Assembly: GCA_963754315.1 (NCBI GenBank)
Contig: CAVWFS010000007.1
Span: forward strand, 96,001-160,000
DNA length: 64,000 bases
Source: an uncultured Candidatus Rokubacteria bacterium
GTDB lineage: Bacteria; Methylomirabilota; Methylomirabilia; Rokubacteriales; CSP1-6
Direction of reading: 5' to 3'
This document shows, piece after piece, positions 8,128 through 18,247 of the stretch. The notes beneath the pieces were generated by a model that was given only the letters and a program-made list of their open reading frames with translations, was not told the DNA's origin and did not search any database. The position numbers were made by a program, and so were the translations under genes. Each line of letters begins with the position of its first letter. Within the stretch, counting starts at the first letter, position 1.

Positions 8128-9916
8128 CCGACGTCTCGGCGTTGCGCTGCAACTCGTAGAAGCGCGCGTAGAGTCCCCCGCCTCGCAGCAACTCGGTGTG
8201 CGTGCCTTCCTCATGGATTCGCCCGTGATGAAGCACGAGGATACGATCCGCGCCCTGGATGGTCGAGAGACGGTGGGCAATGGTGATGCTGGCGCGGCCG
8301 GCGAGCAGACGGGACATAGCGGCCTGAATGAGCGCCTCCGATTCGGGGTCGATGCTCGAGGTGGCCTCGTCCAGCACCAGGATGGCGGGATTGTACACGA
8401 GGGCGCGGGCAATGGCCAGCAACTGACGTTCACCGTGCGAGATGTTGACGGCACGCTCGCTGAGATCCGTCTGCCAGCCGGCGGGCAGGGCTTCGATGAA
8501 GGCGCGCGCGTTGGCGGCGTCCACCGCGCGTTCTAGCGCTGCCCGCGCCGCGGACGGGGCCGCACCGAGCTGCAGATTGGCCTCGACGGTCCCCGTGAAG
8601 AGCACGCTCTCCTGGAAGACGAGACCCACGTGCTGCCGCAGCCTCGGCAATTCCCACTCCCGTACGTCGATCCCTTCCACGAGCACGCGGCCGCGCTGGA
8701 CGTCGTACGAGCGATTCACCAGTCGCCCGCATGTCGTCTTGCCCTCGCCGGTGGCGCCCACGATGGCCACCCGTTCGCCCGCCTGCACCTGGAACGAGCA
8801 ATCGCGCAAGACCCAGTGCTGCCCCTCGTAGGCGAACCACACGTGCTGGAAGGTGATGGCCGCCACCCCGGGTTGAGCCCGGCCAACCCGACCTGGACGC
8901 GGGGTGTCGATGGCGGGGGTGAGATCGAGGACGCCGAAGATTCGTTCGGCCGAGATCATCGCCGATTGCATGACCGTGTACTTGGCGCCCAGATCGCGAA
9001 TGGGCAGGAAGAAGCGATTGGTGTACTGGATGAACGCGACCAGGCCGCCAAAGGTGAGCGTGTGCGCCACGATCTGACTTCCGCCGTACCAGAGGAGCAG
9101 CGCGAGGGCCACCGAGCCCAGGGTTTCCACCGACGCGTAGAGCATCGCCTCGAATCTGGTAGAGCCGAAGAGGGCGCGCCGATAGTCGCGGCCCAAGTCA
9201 TGAAACCGGCGACGCTCGCCGCCCTCGCGCGCGAAGAGTTGGATGACGGTCATTCCCGCCAACGATTCCTGGAGAAAGGCATTGAGTCGGGCCAACCGGC
9301 GCCGTACCGTCCGGTAGGCGTCACGGGCGCGCAGCCGGAAGTAGGCGGCCACCAAACCCACCACGGGCACCATGGCGAAGGTCACCAGCGCCAGGCGCCA
9401 GTCCATCCACAGCATGACGGCCACCACGGCCACCAAGGTGATGGCATCCGCCACCACGGCGAAGAGGCCGCTCGTGAAGGCCTCGCTCACCGCCTCCACA
9501 TCGTTCAGCACCCGGGTCATCAGTCGCCCCACGGGGTTCCTGTCGAAGAAGCGCGCGTCCATGGCGGTGAGATGGCTGAACAGTGCCGTACGCAGATCGT
9601 GCATGACGCGCTGGCCAGTGACGTTCATCAGATAGTTTTCGACGGCGCGCAGCCCGTACAGCACGACCAAGGTGACCGCGAACAGGCCGGCCACGCCTCG
9701 CAGTCCTCTCCAATCACCGCGCAAAATGTGATCGTCGATCGCGATCTTGAGCAGGTACGGCTGGGCCAGCTCGACCACCGCCAGCAACGGGAACAGGCCG
9801 AGCGTCGAGAGAATGAGGCGGCCCTGGGGGCGAGCGGTCGCCCACAGGCGCCCCACCAGACGATGGTCGTAGGCGCGGCCGAGGATCTCGTCGTGCTCGT
9901 GCTCAGGCCCGGGCAA
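8120..9916 (-). CDS. ABC exporter, fused permease/ATPase (MdlB-like half of a heterodimer)
   Basis: TM region, FFDRNPVGRLMTR, Walker A GATGEGKT, ISHGERQ, LDEATSSID. Confidence 0.92.
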   Translation of the reverse strand: MPGPEHEHDEILGRAYDHRLVGRLWATARPQGRLILSTLGLFPLLAVVELAQPYLLKIAIDDHILRGDWRGLRGVAGLFAVTLVVLYGLRAVENYLMNVTGQRVMHDLRTALFSHLTAMDARFFDRNPVGRLMTRVLNDVEAVSEAFTSGLFAVVADAITLVAVVAVMLWMDWRLALVTFAMVPVVGLVAAYFRLRARDAYRTVRRRLARLNAFLQESLAGMTVIQLFAREGGERRRFHDLGRDYRRALFGSTRFEAMLYASVETLGSVALALLLWYGGSQIVAHTLTFGGLVAFIQYTNRFFLPIRDLGAKYTVMQSAMISAERIFGVLDLTPAIDTPRPGRVGRAQPGVAAITFQHVWFAYEGQHWVLRDCSFQVQAGERVAIVGATGEGKTTCGRLVNRSYDVQRGRVLVEGIDVREWELPRLRQHVGLVFQESVLFTGTVEANLQLGAAPSAARAALERAVDAANARAFIEALPAGWQTDLSERAVNISHGERQLLAIARALVYNPAILVLDEATSSIDPESEALIQAAMSRLLAGRASITIAHRLSTIQGADRILVLHHGRIHEEGTHTELLRGGGLYARFYELQRNAETSGA

Positions 9917-11658
9917 TTTCTTCCTCGAGCTGCTGCAGGCGCCACAGGCGAGCGTACAGGCCCCCGGCGGACATCAGATCCTCGTGCCGCCCTGTCTCGG
10001 CCACCCGACCGCCCTCGAGCACGACGATGCGATCGGCCGCGCGCGCCGCTCGCAGCCGATGCGTCATGAGGAGCACGGTACGGCCGGCCGTGGCGTCCCG
10101 CAGCTTGCCGATGATTTCCTCCTCCTTGAGGGCATCGACATTGGCAAAGACATCGTCCAGCACCAGCACGGGCGGCCCCGCGCCCAGGGCTCGGGCCAAG
10201 GCGACGCGCTGGCGCTGCCCGCCCGACAGGGTGAAGCCGCGCTCGCCGACCACGGTCTCCCATCCTTCGGGCCACCGGGTGATCTCGTCCCCGATCCCGG
10301 CGCTGTGCGCCGCGCGTCGGGCGAGATCGGGCGAAACCGTCTCGCGGCCAAGGGTGACGTTGTCCAGGATGGAGCGCGAGAAGAGAAACGCGTCTTGCGG
10401 GACGTAGCCGATGACGGACCGTAAGTCCGCGAGTGGGATTGTGGTCACGTCACGACCACCGAGAAAGATTGTTCCGGGCGGCGGCTCCCACAGGCGCGCC
10501 ACAAGCAGGCCCAAGGTGGTCTTGCCGCTGCCCGTCGGGCCGACCACGGCCACCATCTCTCCAGGCTCGATGGAGAAGCTGACGTGCGTCAGGACGGGCT
10601 TGGGTCCCCCGTAGGAGAACGTAACGCCGTCGAAGCGGAGGGCGAGGTGCTCGGCCAGAGGAGACCCACCCGCAGACAGAGGCGGGGCCGGACGTGTGAT
10701 TTCAAGGATGCGCGCCATCGAGGTCAGTCCGCGCCGGACCAGCGAGAGGGTCCAGCCGAGAGCAAGGGTGGGCCAAGCCAGATACGCGAGGTAGCCATTG
10801 AAGGCCACCAAGGAACCGAGACTGAGGCGCCCTTCGGCGACGGCTGTTCCGCCGACCCAGAGAACGACGAGGGCCCCGAGCCCTCCGACGAGGGTCATGA
10901 GCGGAAGGAACTGCGACTGCGTGCGAGCCAAGGCCAGGCTCCGCCGCTGGAATTCGCGATTGGCGGCGGCGAAAGAATGCCGGGCGTGCTCCTCCATGGC
11001 GTAGCCGCGCACGACGCTCATGCCGGTCAGATACTCCTGCACCGTCCCCGAGAGCACGCCGAGTTGGGTCTGCATGGCGTCGGTTTGCTGGTGCACGATG
11101 CTGTTGACGCGCGTGAAGAGGACGACCAGCGCGGGAGCACGGCGTCATCGCCCACAAGGTCAACCAGGGATCGATAGCCACCATGGCCGCCAGCGCCCCC
11201 GTGAACGCGAAGAGGGTGCCCACCAAACTCACGAATCCGAACCCCACCAGCGATCTGACGGCCGACACATCGCTGGAGGCCCGCGACATCAGATCACCGG
11301 TCCGGTGGGCGGCGTAAAAGGCCGGCGGGTACGCCTGCAACGCACGGTAGAGATCGTTGCGCACGTCGTACTCCACGCGTTGCGAGCCGCCCACGAGCGC
11401 GAACCGTGACGCGAGCCGGGCCACGCCGTGGCCGAGGGCGAGCACCAGGATGAGGAGGGCCTCCTGCGCGAGGGGCGCGCGGGCCGCGTCCCGTTCCAGG
11501 GCATCCACAGCACGCTTCACCGTGGCCGGGATGGCGAGAGCCAGCCCAGTGGCGGCCAGCAGCGCCACGATTCCGATGAGGTAGCGGACCCAGTAGCGGA
11601 GGGCGTAGTCGAGAACGGCGCGCGCCGGTGACCTCAGCCGCGCCTCCCGTCGAGGCAA
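9903..11658 (-). CDS. ABC exporter, fused permease/ATPase (MdlA-like), split by a 1-nt frameshift near 11136-11139
   Basis: N-terminal TM part in ORF 10702..11658 (RTGDLMSRASSDV); remainder in ORF 9903..11096 (GPTGSGKT, LSGGQRQR); four bases TGCT lie between CCG and CCC codons. Confidence 0.85.
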
Positions 11659-11665
11659 GGACGCA

Positions 11666-12778
11666 TCACCACCACCCCTTCCGCTTGAAGTAGAGCGCCA
11701 GGCCGAGCAGAGTCGCCCCCATCAAGCCGAGAGCCCAGAGATAGCCGTATCGCCACTTGAGCTCGGGCATGACCTCGAAGTTCATGCCGTAGATGCTGGC
11801 GATGAACGTGAGCGGGATGAACAGGGTCGCGATCACCGTCAGGACCTTCATGACCTGGTTGAGGCGCTGGTTTTGTGCGGAGAGATAGACCTCCATGACC
11901 GAGGCGGCGCCCTCTCGCAGGAATTCCACCATCTCCAGGGCCTGCACCGCATGGTCGTAGGCGTCACGCAGAAACACCTTCGTCTCCCGGCTGATCAGGC
12001 CGGATTCGTCGCGCTGGAGGACGCCGATCTCCTCACGCATGGGCCACACCGCTCGCCGGAGGACGAGGATGTCGCGGCGCAACTCCTGGATGCGCACGAG
12101 CGTGTCTTCGGTGGGCCGGGCCAGCGCATCGTCCTGCGCGGTCTCCATGCGCTCGGCCAGGGCCTCGAGCACGGGAAAGTAGCCGTCGACGACCGCGTCG
12201 AGCAGCAGGTAGGCCAGATAGTCGGCCCCCGCGCTGCGGACGCGGCCCCGTCGCAGGCGGATGGCTTCCCGCACCGGATCGAACACGTCGCCATCCGGCC
12301 GCTCCTGCACCGTGAGGACCCAGTCGGCACCAACGAAGATACTGACCTGCTCCTCCTCGACCTCACGCTGGCCGCGGATCATGCGGAGGACGACGAAGAA
12401 GTGCGTGTCGTAGCGCTCGACCTTGGACCGCTGGGGGACGTTCAGGGAATCCTCGAGCGCGAGGGGATGCAACCCGAACCGCTCGCCAAGTCGGGTGAGG
12501 GTGACCGGGTCACCGAGGCCCTCCACGTCGATCCAGGTGACGCTGCCCGGGCGGACCAGCCCGATGGCCTCGGCGGCGTCCTGGGCCGGGCCATCGGCCA
12601 CGTCGTCGGCGTTGAACGAGATCACCGAGAGGCGTGCACGCGATGGCGGAACACTTTCGACGGCGGGCAAGGTGCCCGGTAAGGTTCCCGGATGGATGCG
12701 CGCCATGCGCCGACGACGGGTCCGGCTCGGACTCGGGCGCTTCTCCTGACTCTCGGATGCTCGTGACGCCTCGTGCAT
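11666..12778 (-). CDS. corA: Magnesium/cobalt transporter CorA
   Basis: WIDVEGL, FGLHPLALED, YGMNF and MPELKW signatures; alternative start at 12706. Confidence 0.95.
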   Translation of the reverse strand: MHEASRASESQEKRPSPSRTRRRRMARIHPGTLPGTLPAVESVPPSRARLSVISFNADDVADGPAQDAAEAIGLVRPGSVTWIDVEGLGDPVTLTRLGERFGLHPLALEDSLNVPQRSKVERYDTHFFVVLRMIRGQREVEEEQVSIFVGADWVLTVQERPDGDVFDPVREAIRLRRGRVRSAGADYLAYLLLDAVVDGYFPVLEALAERMETAQDDALARPTEDTLVRIQELRRDILVLRRAVWPMREEIGVLQRDESGLISRETKVFLRDAYDHAVQALEMVEFLREGAASVMEVYLSAQNQRLNQVMKVLTVIATLFIPLTFIASIYGMNFEVMPELKWRYGYLWALGLMGATLLGLALYFKRKGWW

Positions 12779-12846
12779 GGGCTTGTCTCATTCATGCTCC
12801 CGGAGCCCTCGGTCGATGTCAAGCAAGCGTGCTATAGTGCCGGCGT

Positions 12847-13641
12847 ATGAGCGACATCGAGCGGCGCGTCGCAATCGACGCCGCTCGGGCCGCCGGATGG
12901 CTCGTGCACGCCGCCCGCTCCCAGGCGCGCCAGATCGCCTACAAGGGCGCCCCCACCAACCTCGTCACGGAGATGGACGCGCGCGCTGAAGCGCTGGTCC
13001 TGGATCATCTCCGGCGTGCGTTTCCGGCTGACGCTGTATTGGCCGAAGAGAGCGGGGCGCGCGGGGGCAGCTCAGGACGACGGTGGATCGTCGATCCGCT
13101 CGATGGAACCACAAACTACGCGCACGGGGTCCCCGTCTATGCGGTGTCGATCGGACTTGAGCGCGACGGCCGGGTGGTCCTCGGCGTCGTCTTCGATCCG
13201 AACCACGACGAGCTGTTCGTAGCCGAGCGCGGCAGCGGCGCTTCCATGAACGGTGAGACGCTCACCGTCTCGCGGGCCGCGACTCTCGACGAGAGCCTGC
13301 TGGCCAGTGGATTTCCCTATGCCATCCGGGAGACCCGCGAGACCAATTTGCCCGAGTACGCCGCCTTCAGCCTGCGCGCCCGTGGCGTTCGGCGCCTGGG
13401 ATCGGCTGCCCTCGATCTAGCCTACGTCGCGGCCGGGCGCCTGGACGGGTACTGGGAACTACGCCTCGGCTCCTGGGACGCAGCGGCCGGCGCGCTGCTG
13501 GTGGAGGAGGCCGGAGGACGCATCAGTAACCTCGAGGGTGGTCCGCTCGACCTTGACGCGCCTTCCATCGTGGCCAGTAACGGGCGTATCCATGACGCCA
13601 TGCTGGGAGTCCTCGCGCAAACCCGCAGGGGTACGGGCTAG
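12847..13641 (+). CDS. suhB: Inositol monophosphatase family protein
   Basis: LAEES, WIVDPLDGTTNY, GSAALDLAYVAAG, WDAAAG motifs. Confidence 0.92.
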   Translation: MSDIERRVAIDAARAAGWLVHAARSQARQIAYKGAPTNLVTEMDARAEALVLDHLRRAFPADAVLAEESGARGGSSGRRWIVDPLDGTTNYAHGVPVYAVSIGLERDGRVVLGVVFDPNHDELFVAERGSGASMNGETLTVSRAATLDESLLASGFPYAIRETRETNLPEYAAFSLRARGVRRLGSAALDLAYVAAGRLDGYWELRLGSWDAAAGALLVEEAGGRISNLEGGPLDLDAPSIVASNGRIHDAMLGVLAQTRRGTG

Positions 13642-14111
13642 GTCTTCTGGGCCTCCGGGTCGGCAGGGCCGAGGGAATAGACGCGGCCTCCCAGTCGGAG
13701 CGTGCTCCGCTCGGTGGCCTCGTCGTAGTCGGCGAGCGACAGAAGCTGATAGGTCGCCGCCCGGTCAAGCCGCGCCACGAAGGCGCCTCCCTTGATCGTG
13801 CAGTACGGCACTTGGCCAGGGCCGATACGAATCGACGCGGGATCGACGACCTCCTCCGTCTCGTCGTTGACCTGCGCGAACAACGCTCCTCCCCGCGGCT
13901 CGAGCCGGGTGATGACCCACGGGACGTCGTCGACTTCTACCGGGATCCGCACACGAGTCTGGATGAAGTAGCCTCCGGTATCGCGCCGCAACCCGGCGCG
14001 GAGGTTGGCGAGCACCCCGGGGTGGGTGACCTGGACGTCGTCGTCGAACCAATCACCGCTGCGGTCGATGCGCAGGCGCGGCAATTGCCAATCTGAGGGC
14101 GGGGTGGCCAT
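13638..14111 (-). CDS. Conserved hypothetical protein, DUF1285-like
   Basis: LRIDRSGDWF, PVEVDDVPW and VPYC...ARLDRAATYQL patterns; ATG overlaps amrB stop (TGATG). Confidence 0.7.
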   Translation of the reverse strand: MATPPSDWQLPRLRIDRSGDWFDDDVQVTHPGVLANLRAGLRRDTGGYFIQTRVRIPVEVDDVPWVITRLEPRGGALFAQVNDETEEVVDPASIRIGPGQVPYCTIKGGAFVARLDRAATYQLLSLADYDEATERSTLRLGGRVYSLGPADPEAQKT

Positions 14112-15343
14112 CAGAAGACCACGCTCGCGTAAGTGACCACGGCCTGCGGATCCGGCCACTGCCCATAGTGCTTGACCTGACCGCGGCCCGACCCGAGCGT
14201 GCGCAGGAGGGTGTAGATCGGCGAGAAGCCACAGATCCGTCGCCGATCTCCGTCGGCCGCGATGGAATTGAAGAAACCGCGGGCGTCGCCTTCCTCGACC
14301 GTGGCCAACATGGCCCGATCCTCCTGGGCGACCCGCTGCAGCGCGTTGGGCTCGATCGGGGTCGGATCGCCGAAACGCGGTCCCACATGCGCGAGGTCGG
14401 CCCCGGCGATCACCACCACCTTTCGGCCAGACGTTGCCATCGTCTCCGCGAGGGCATCCAGGAAGCGCGGTACCCGTGGGTCGTCCTCCGGTCCCTGCCC
14501 GCGCGCGAGGGCCTCGTGGGCGAAGCTGGCCAGGATGGGCACGATGGTGAAGGCCCGGTGGCTTCCGAATAGGTAGCTCAGGAACACGGCCTGGAACTCG
14601 ATCGAGTGCTCACCGCGGTGAGCTAGCTCGGACGCGAAGCAATCCTGTTGGGCGCGCGTGGTCAGCCCGTCGACGAGTTCCTGATCGACGACGGCCGGAC
14701 CGAGCGGGGTCGCATAGTCCTTGCGAGTCAGCACGAACGGCTCTCGCATCCCGGCGTGGCAGGTGCCGAAGATGACAAAGCAGTCGGCGTCGCTGCGCTC
14801 GACGAGATCACGGTAGGCCCAGGCGTAGGCGGGTCCCCCACGATGGAAATCGATGTGGGGGGCGATCAGCCCGCGAAGGACCGGCCCCGCCAGCCGGTTC
14901 GGGGAGCGCGTCGGCGGCCCGGGGCCTCCCGGCGCCGTGAAAAAGCCGTCGAATGCGCGCCTGAGCTCGTCAGGATCGGCCGGGTAGGCGCCGCCGGCAT
15001 GGGCGGCCGGCCGCGCGTGTGACGCCATGAACGCACGGTCGACCGCCTGACGCCGATCGGCGAAACGTGGGCTGTCGATGAACCCGTGCTCGTCGAGAGC
15101 GACGATGATCTGCTCGATCTCCTCTGCGCGGACCAACTCTCCATGCCGTCGCATCAGTTCTGCCTGGATGTCGACGATGGAGCGCTGACCGTCGAAGAGC
15201 GAAACGATGGCGAGGAGGGTGCCAGGCAAGAGCACGACCGACGCCGTGTACCCGGCCGGGTCGCGTATCCCCAGCAGACGCTGGCCGTCCTGTTCAACTG
15301 GGAAGAACTCGAGGTCCACCCGGAGCCGAGGCGCCTGGCTCAT
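14111..15343 (-). CDS. amrB: AmmeMemoRadiSam system protein B (MEMO1 family) with N-terminal winged-helix/PqqD-like extension
   Basis: RPAAHAGGAYP, IAPHIDF, GTCH, EHSIEFQ, ADLAHVG, ICGFSP Memo motifs. Confidence 0.9.
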   Translation of the reverse strand: MSQAPRLRVDLEFFPVEQDGQRLLGIRDPAGYTASVVLLPGTLLAIVSLFDGQRSIVDIQAELMRRHGELVRAEEIEQIIVALDEHGFIDSPRFADRRQAVDRAFMASHARPAAHAGGAYPADPDELRRAFDGFFTAPGGPGPPTRSPNRLAGPVLRGLIAPHIDFHRGGPAYAWAYRDLVERSDADCFVIFGTCHAGMREPFVLTRKDYATPLGPAVVDQELVDGLTTRAQQDCFASELAHRGEHSIEFQAVFLSYLFGSHRAFTIVPILASFAHEALARGQGPEDDPRVPRFLDALAETMATSGRKVVVIAGADLAHVGPRFGDPTPIEPNALQRVAQEDRAMLATVEEGDARGFFNSIAADGDRRRICGFSPIYTLLRTLGSGRGQVKHYGQWPDPQAVVTYASVVF

Positions 15344-15431
15344 ACACTCTCAAGGAAACTCAGAGACGAAGCAATGTAAACCGTTATCGCGTCACCGAGC
15401 TCGCTGATATTGACCGCGGGAACTCGCGAGG

Positions 15432-15734
15432 CTATTCGAGCGGAAACGACAGGATGACCGCGTCGAGCCGGATGACGCGATACTCTTCGCCGGCCACCAT
15501 AAAGTAGTGGCCTTCCACCTCTTCCGAGCTTTCCTCGAAGGCCACCACGCTCTTCACGGCGGGCATCTCACGGAAGGCGCTAGCACCTTCGTCGAAGCCG
15601 TCTCCCCGCGCCACGACTTCCCCGTACCGGATCGGTGAGCCCTTCGGACAGTGTACGCGGATGTCTGCAGGCACCTCCGTCATCATCCGGACGAGAAGAT
15701 TGATGCCATAGACCTGGATCGGAATGGTCGTCAT
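15432..15734 (-). CDS. Divergent GroES/Cpn10-like protein
   Basis: 100 aa; IQVYGINLLVR...RYGEVVARGDG...VKSVVAF...GEEYRVIRLDAVI follows the Cpn10 strand pattern; GAGGAGG RBS. Confidence 0.6.
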   Translation of the reverse strand: MTTIPIQVYGINLLVRMMTEVPADIRVHCPKGSPIRYGEVVARGDGFDEGASAFREMPAVKSVVAFEESSEEVEGHYFMVAGEEYRVIRLDAVILSFPLE

Positions 15735-15809
15735 GTCCCTCCTCGCGGACCCACAGCCACAGGCACTTGATCATACCATGCTGGGTGCGGTGCGGCCCGG
15801 GCGACCCGA

Positions 15810-17198
15810 TCACGGCATGATGCCTTCGCGATCCGCTGGCGCCGGCCCTCCCAGCGGGCTCAGCTCGCGAGGGCGCTCGTCGATGGGTTCGAGCAGCGGG
15901 AGGTCCTCACCACTGGCCGCCCCCAGGTCGCGAAAGCGTCGAGCCGATGGCAGGACCCGGGATTCCATCGAGCCGACGGCTCGATTGAAGGCGGCGGTGG
16001 CGCGGCCGAGCGAGGCTCCTACCTCGCCGACATGGGTGGTGAGGATGCGCAAGCGTTCGTACAGCTGACGGCCCAACGCGCTGATCTCCCCGGCATTCTG
16101 CGCGAGCTGTTCCTGACGCCACCCATAGGCGATGGAACGCAGGAGGGCGATCAAGGTGGTGGGCGTGGCGACCACGACCCGCCGGCTCAGCCCGTCCTCG
16201 ATGAGGGAACGATCCGTCTCGGCCGCGGCCGCCACGAACGACTCGCCGGGGATGAACATCACCACGAGATCGGCGGCCTTCGCGAACTCGTCCCAGTACG
16301 CCTTGCTGGCAAGGGCACTCATGTGCTGGCGCATCTGCTGCGCATGGCGCGCGAGGGCGGCCGTGCGCTCTTCCTCGGTGCGAGCGGCCAGAGCGTCGAG
16401 GTACGCGGTCAGAGGGACCTTCGCGTCGACGACGATTTCACGCCCGGCCGGCAGCCGTACGACCATGTCCGGGCGTATCCGTCCGCTCTGCCCCTCCACC
16501 GTGACCTGCTCGACATAGTCGCAATGCTGGGTGAGGCCTGCCAATTCCACCACACGGTGCAAGGTCATCTCACCCCATCGCCCACGCACGTGGGGGGTAC
16601 GTAGCGCCGCCACCAGCGCGCCCGTCTCGCGCTGGAGCTCGGCGTGACCGGCCGCCAAGCTGCGCAACTGTTCCTCCAGGTTGCCGTAGGCATGAGCCCG
16701 CGTCCCTTCCATTGTCCGGACCGCGCCCTCGTAACGGACGAGCGCATCCTGGAGCGGTCGGACGAGACCTTCCACGGCGTCCTGGCGGCGTCCGAGCTGG
16801 ACCTCGAGCGCTTCCCGAGCGCGATCGAGGAAGGCGGCGCCGCTCTGCTGCAGCGCCTCCGCGCTGAGAGCCTTGAATGTCTCGGCCAGACGGATTCGCG
16901 CCTCGTCGAGGAGGTGCCGCTGCTCCTCCAGGTTGACGCGCGAGGCCTCCCACCGCGCGTCGGCCTGCCCCCGCCGCTCACGCTCATCGGCGAGCGCTGC
17001 GTGCAGGTGTGCCACCTCGCTGTCTCGCTGATCTAGCAGTCTGCGCATCTCGAGCTCGATCGCCTCGAGGGCAGCCACGCGCGCCTGCAGGCCCATGCGT
17101 TCGACACGCGCGGCCGCAGACCCACGAGCCCGCACCACGAGCCAGGCGAGCAACGCCCCCGCGGCAATGCCGACCGCTACGGGGACGGCCTCATTCAT
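15810..17198 (-). CDS. rmuC: DNA recombination protein RmuC
   Basis: N-terminal TM plus coiled coil; RGRWGEMTL, RPDMVVRLP, VDAKVP, MFIPGES, ATPTTL; start trimmed to ATG 17198. Confidence 0.95.
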   Translation of the reverse strand: MNEAVPVAVGIAAGALLAWLVVRARGSAAARVERMGLQARVAALEAIELEMRRLLDQRDSEVAHLHAALADERERRGQADARWEASRVNLEEQRHLLDEARIRLAETFKALSAEALQQSGAAFLDRAREALEVQLGRRQDAVEGLVRPLQDALVRYEGAVRTMEGTRAHAYGNLEEQLRSLAAGHAELQRETGALVAALRTPHVRGRWGEMTLHRVVELAGLTQHCDYVEQVTVEGQSGRIRPDMVVRLPAGREIVVDAKVPLTAYLDALAARTEEERTAALARHAQQMRQHMSALASKAYWDEFAKAADLVVMFIPGESFVAAAAETDRSLIEDGLSRRVVVATPTTLIALLRSIAYGWRQEQLAQNAGEISALGRQLYERLRILTTHVGEVGASLGRATAAFNRAVGSMESRVLPSARRFRDLGAASGEDLPLLEPIDERPRELSPLGGPAPADREGIMP

Positions 17199-18153
17199 GA
17201 GGTGTGGGATCCTCCAACGGCGACGGTGCGCTTGGCCCAGGCCGCCAGCCGACCCTCCTCCAGTGGCGGCAGACACGCCGAAAGCCGCACCCGGGACAGA
17301 CGACCGGATCGCGCCGATCGAGGCAATCACCGGCCATGCGAGTGTGGCAGAGCGCGAAGTCGAACTTGACCGGGTCGTCCGGGTCGATGGCGGCCAGTTG
17401 TCTGGTGATCTCCTTAGCCATGCGCCAAGTACGGGAGCGACGGCGCGTGAGGCCGATGCTGCGGCTCATGTTTTCCACGTGCGTGTCGACGGGGATCAGC
17501 AGCCGTGCCGGCGAGACGCTCCGCCAGAGCCCAAAATCGGGCCGCTCCCGGCGAACCATCCAGCGCAGAAACAGGTGCAGGCGCTTACACGGGCCTCCTG
17601 TCGACGGCAACGGGAAGAGATGGCGATAACCGCGAGAGACCCTTCCGCGCGCGAACACCTGACTGAGGTCAGCCTCGAGGAAGGCGCGCGCGAAACGCTC
17701 CAGGGGTGGCCCCACATCGTCGCGTGGGTTCTCGTCGCCGGCCAGGAAGCAGCGCTCCAGGCTTCCGTGCCGTTCGAGGATCTGGCGCATGGCCACGCAG
17801 AAGGCGACCATGTCGCACGGCCGATTGAACCGGTATCGAAAGCTCGCAAAGAGGTGGCTGTGACGATCGGGCTCGAACTCCATGACGAAGCGGATCGGAG
17901 CCGGCCCCATGGCGGCGAGCACCCCCTCGAGGGCGACTCCGAAGAGGTCGACGCGTCCATAGGCGAGGCATGCCGTGAGCAGGGCGACGACTTCCCGGTC
18001 GTGAGGATCGCCATAGCGAAGGGGGAACTTGATGGCGTCGCGCTCGATCCGGGCGCCATAATCGAAGCTCGCATAGAGGTGCTCGAGCGGCTGCCGTAGC
18101 CGAAGCGCGCTGGGCAGGCGGCGTTCTGACCGCGATCGCTTGGAGTCGCTCAC
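17191..18153 (-). CDS. TIGR02757/DUF2400 family protein (HhH-GPD-like)
   Basis: LAYGRV, FRYRF, CKRLHLFLRWMVR, DFGLW, IPVDTHV, DPDDPVKFDFALC. Confidence 0.9.
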   Translation of the reverse strand: MSDSKRSRSERRLPSALRLRQPLEHLYASFDYGARIERDAIKFPLRYGDPHDREVVALLTACLAYGRVDLFGVALEGVLAAMGPAPIRFVMEFEPDRHSHLFASFRYRFNRPCDMVAFCVAMRQILERHGSLERCFLAGDENPRDDVGPPLERFARAFLEADLSQVFARGRVSRGYRHLFPLPSTGGPCKRLHLFLRWMVRRERPDFGLWRSVSPARLLIPVDTHVENMSRSIGLTRRRSRTWRMAKEITRQLAAIDPDDPVKFDFALCHTRMAGDCLDRRDPVVCPGCGFRRVCRHWRRVGWRPGPSAPSPLEDPTPHE

Positions 18154-18247
18154 GAAGCCTGCTCACTTCTCAGGGTGGCTGTACAATAGCATATCTGGCG
18201 TCCATCGACACGTCGCCCACTAGATCTTGCGGCAGGAGGGCCATGAC

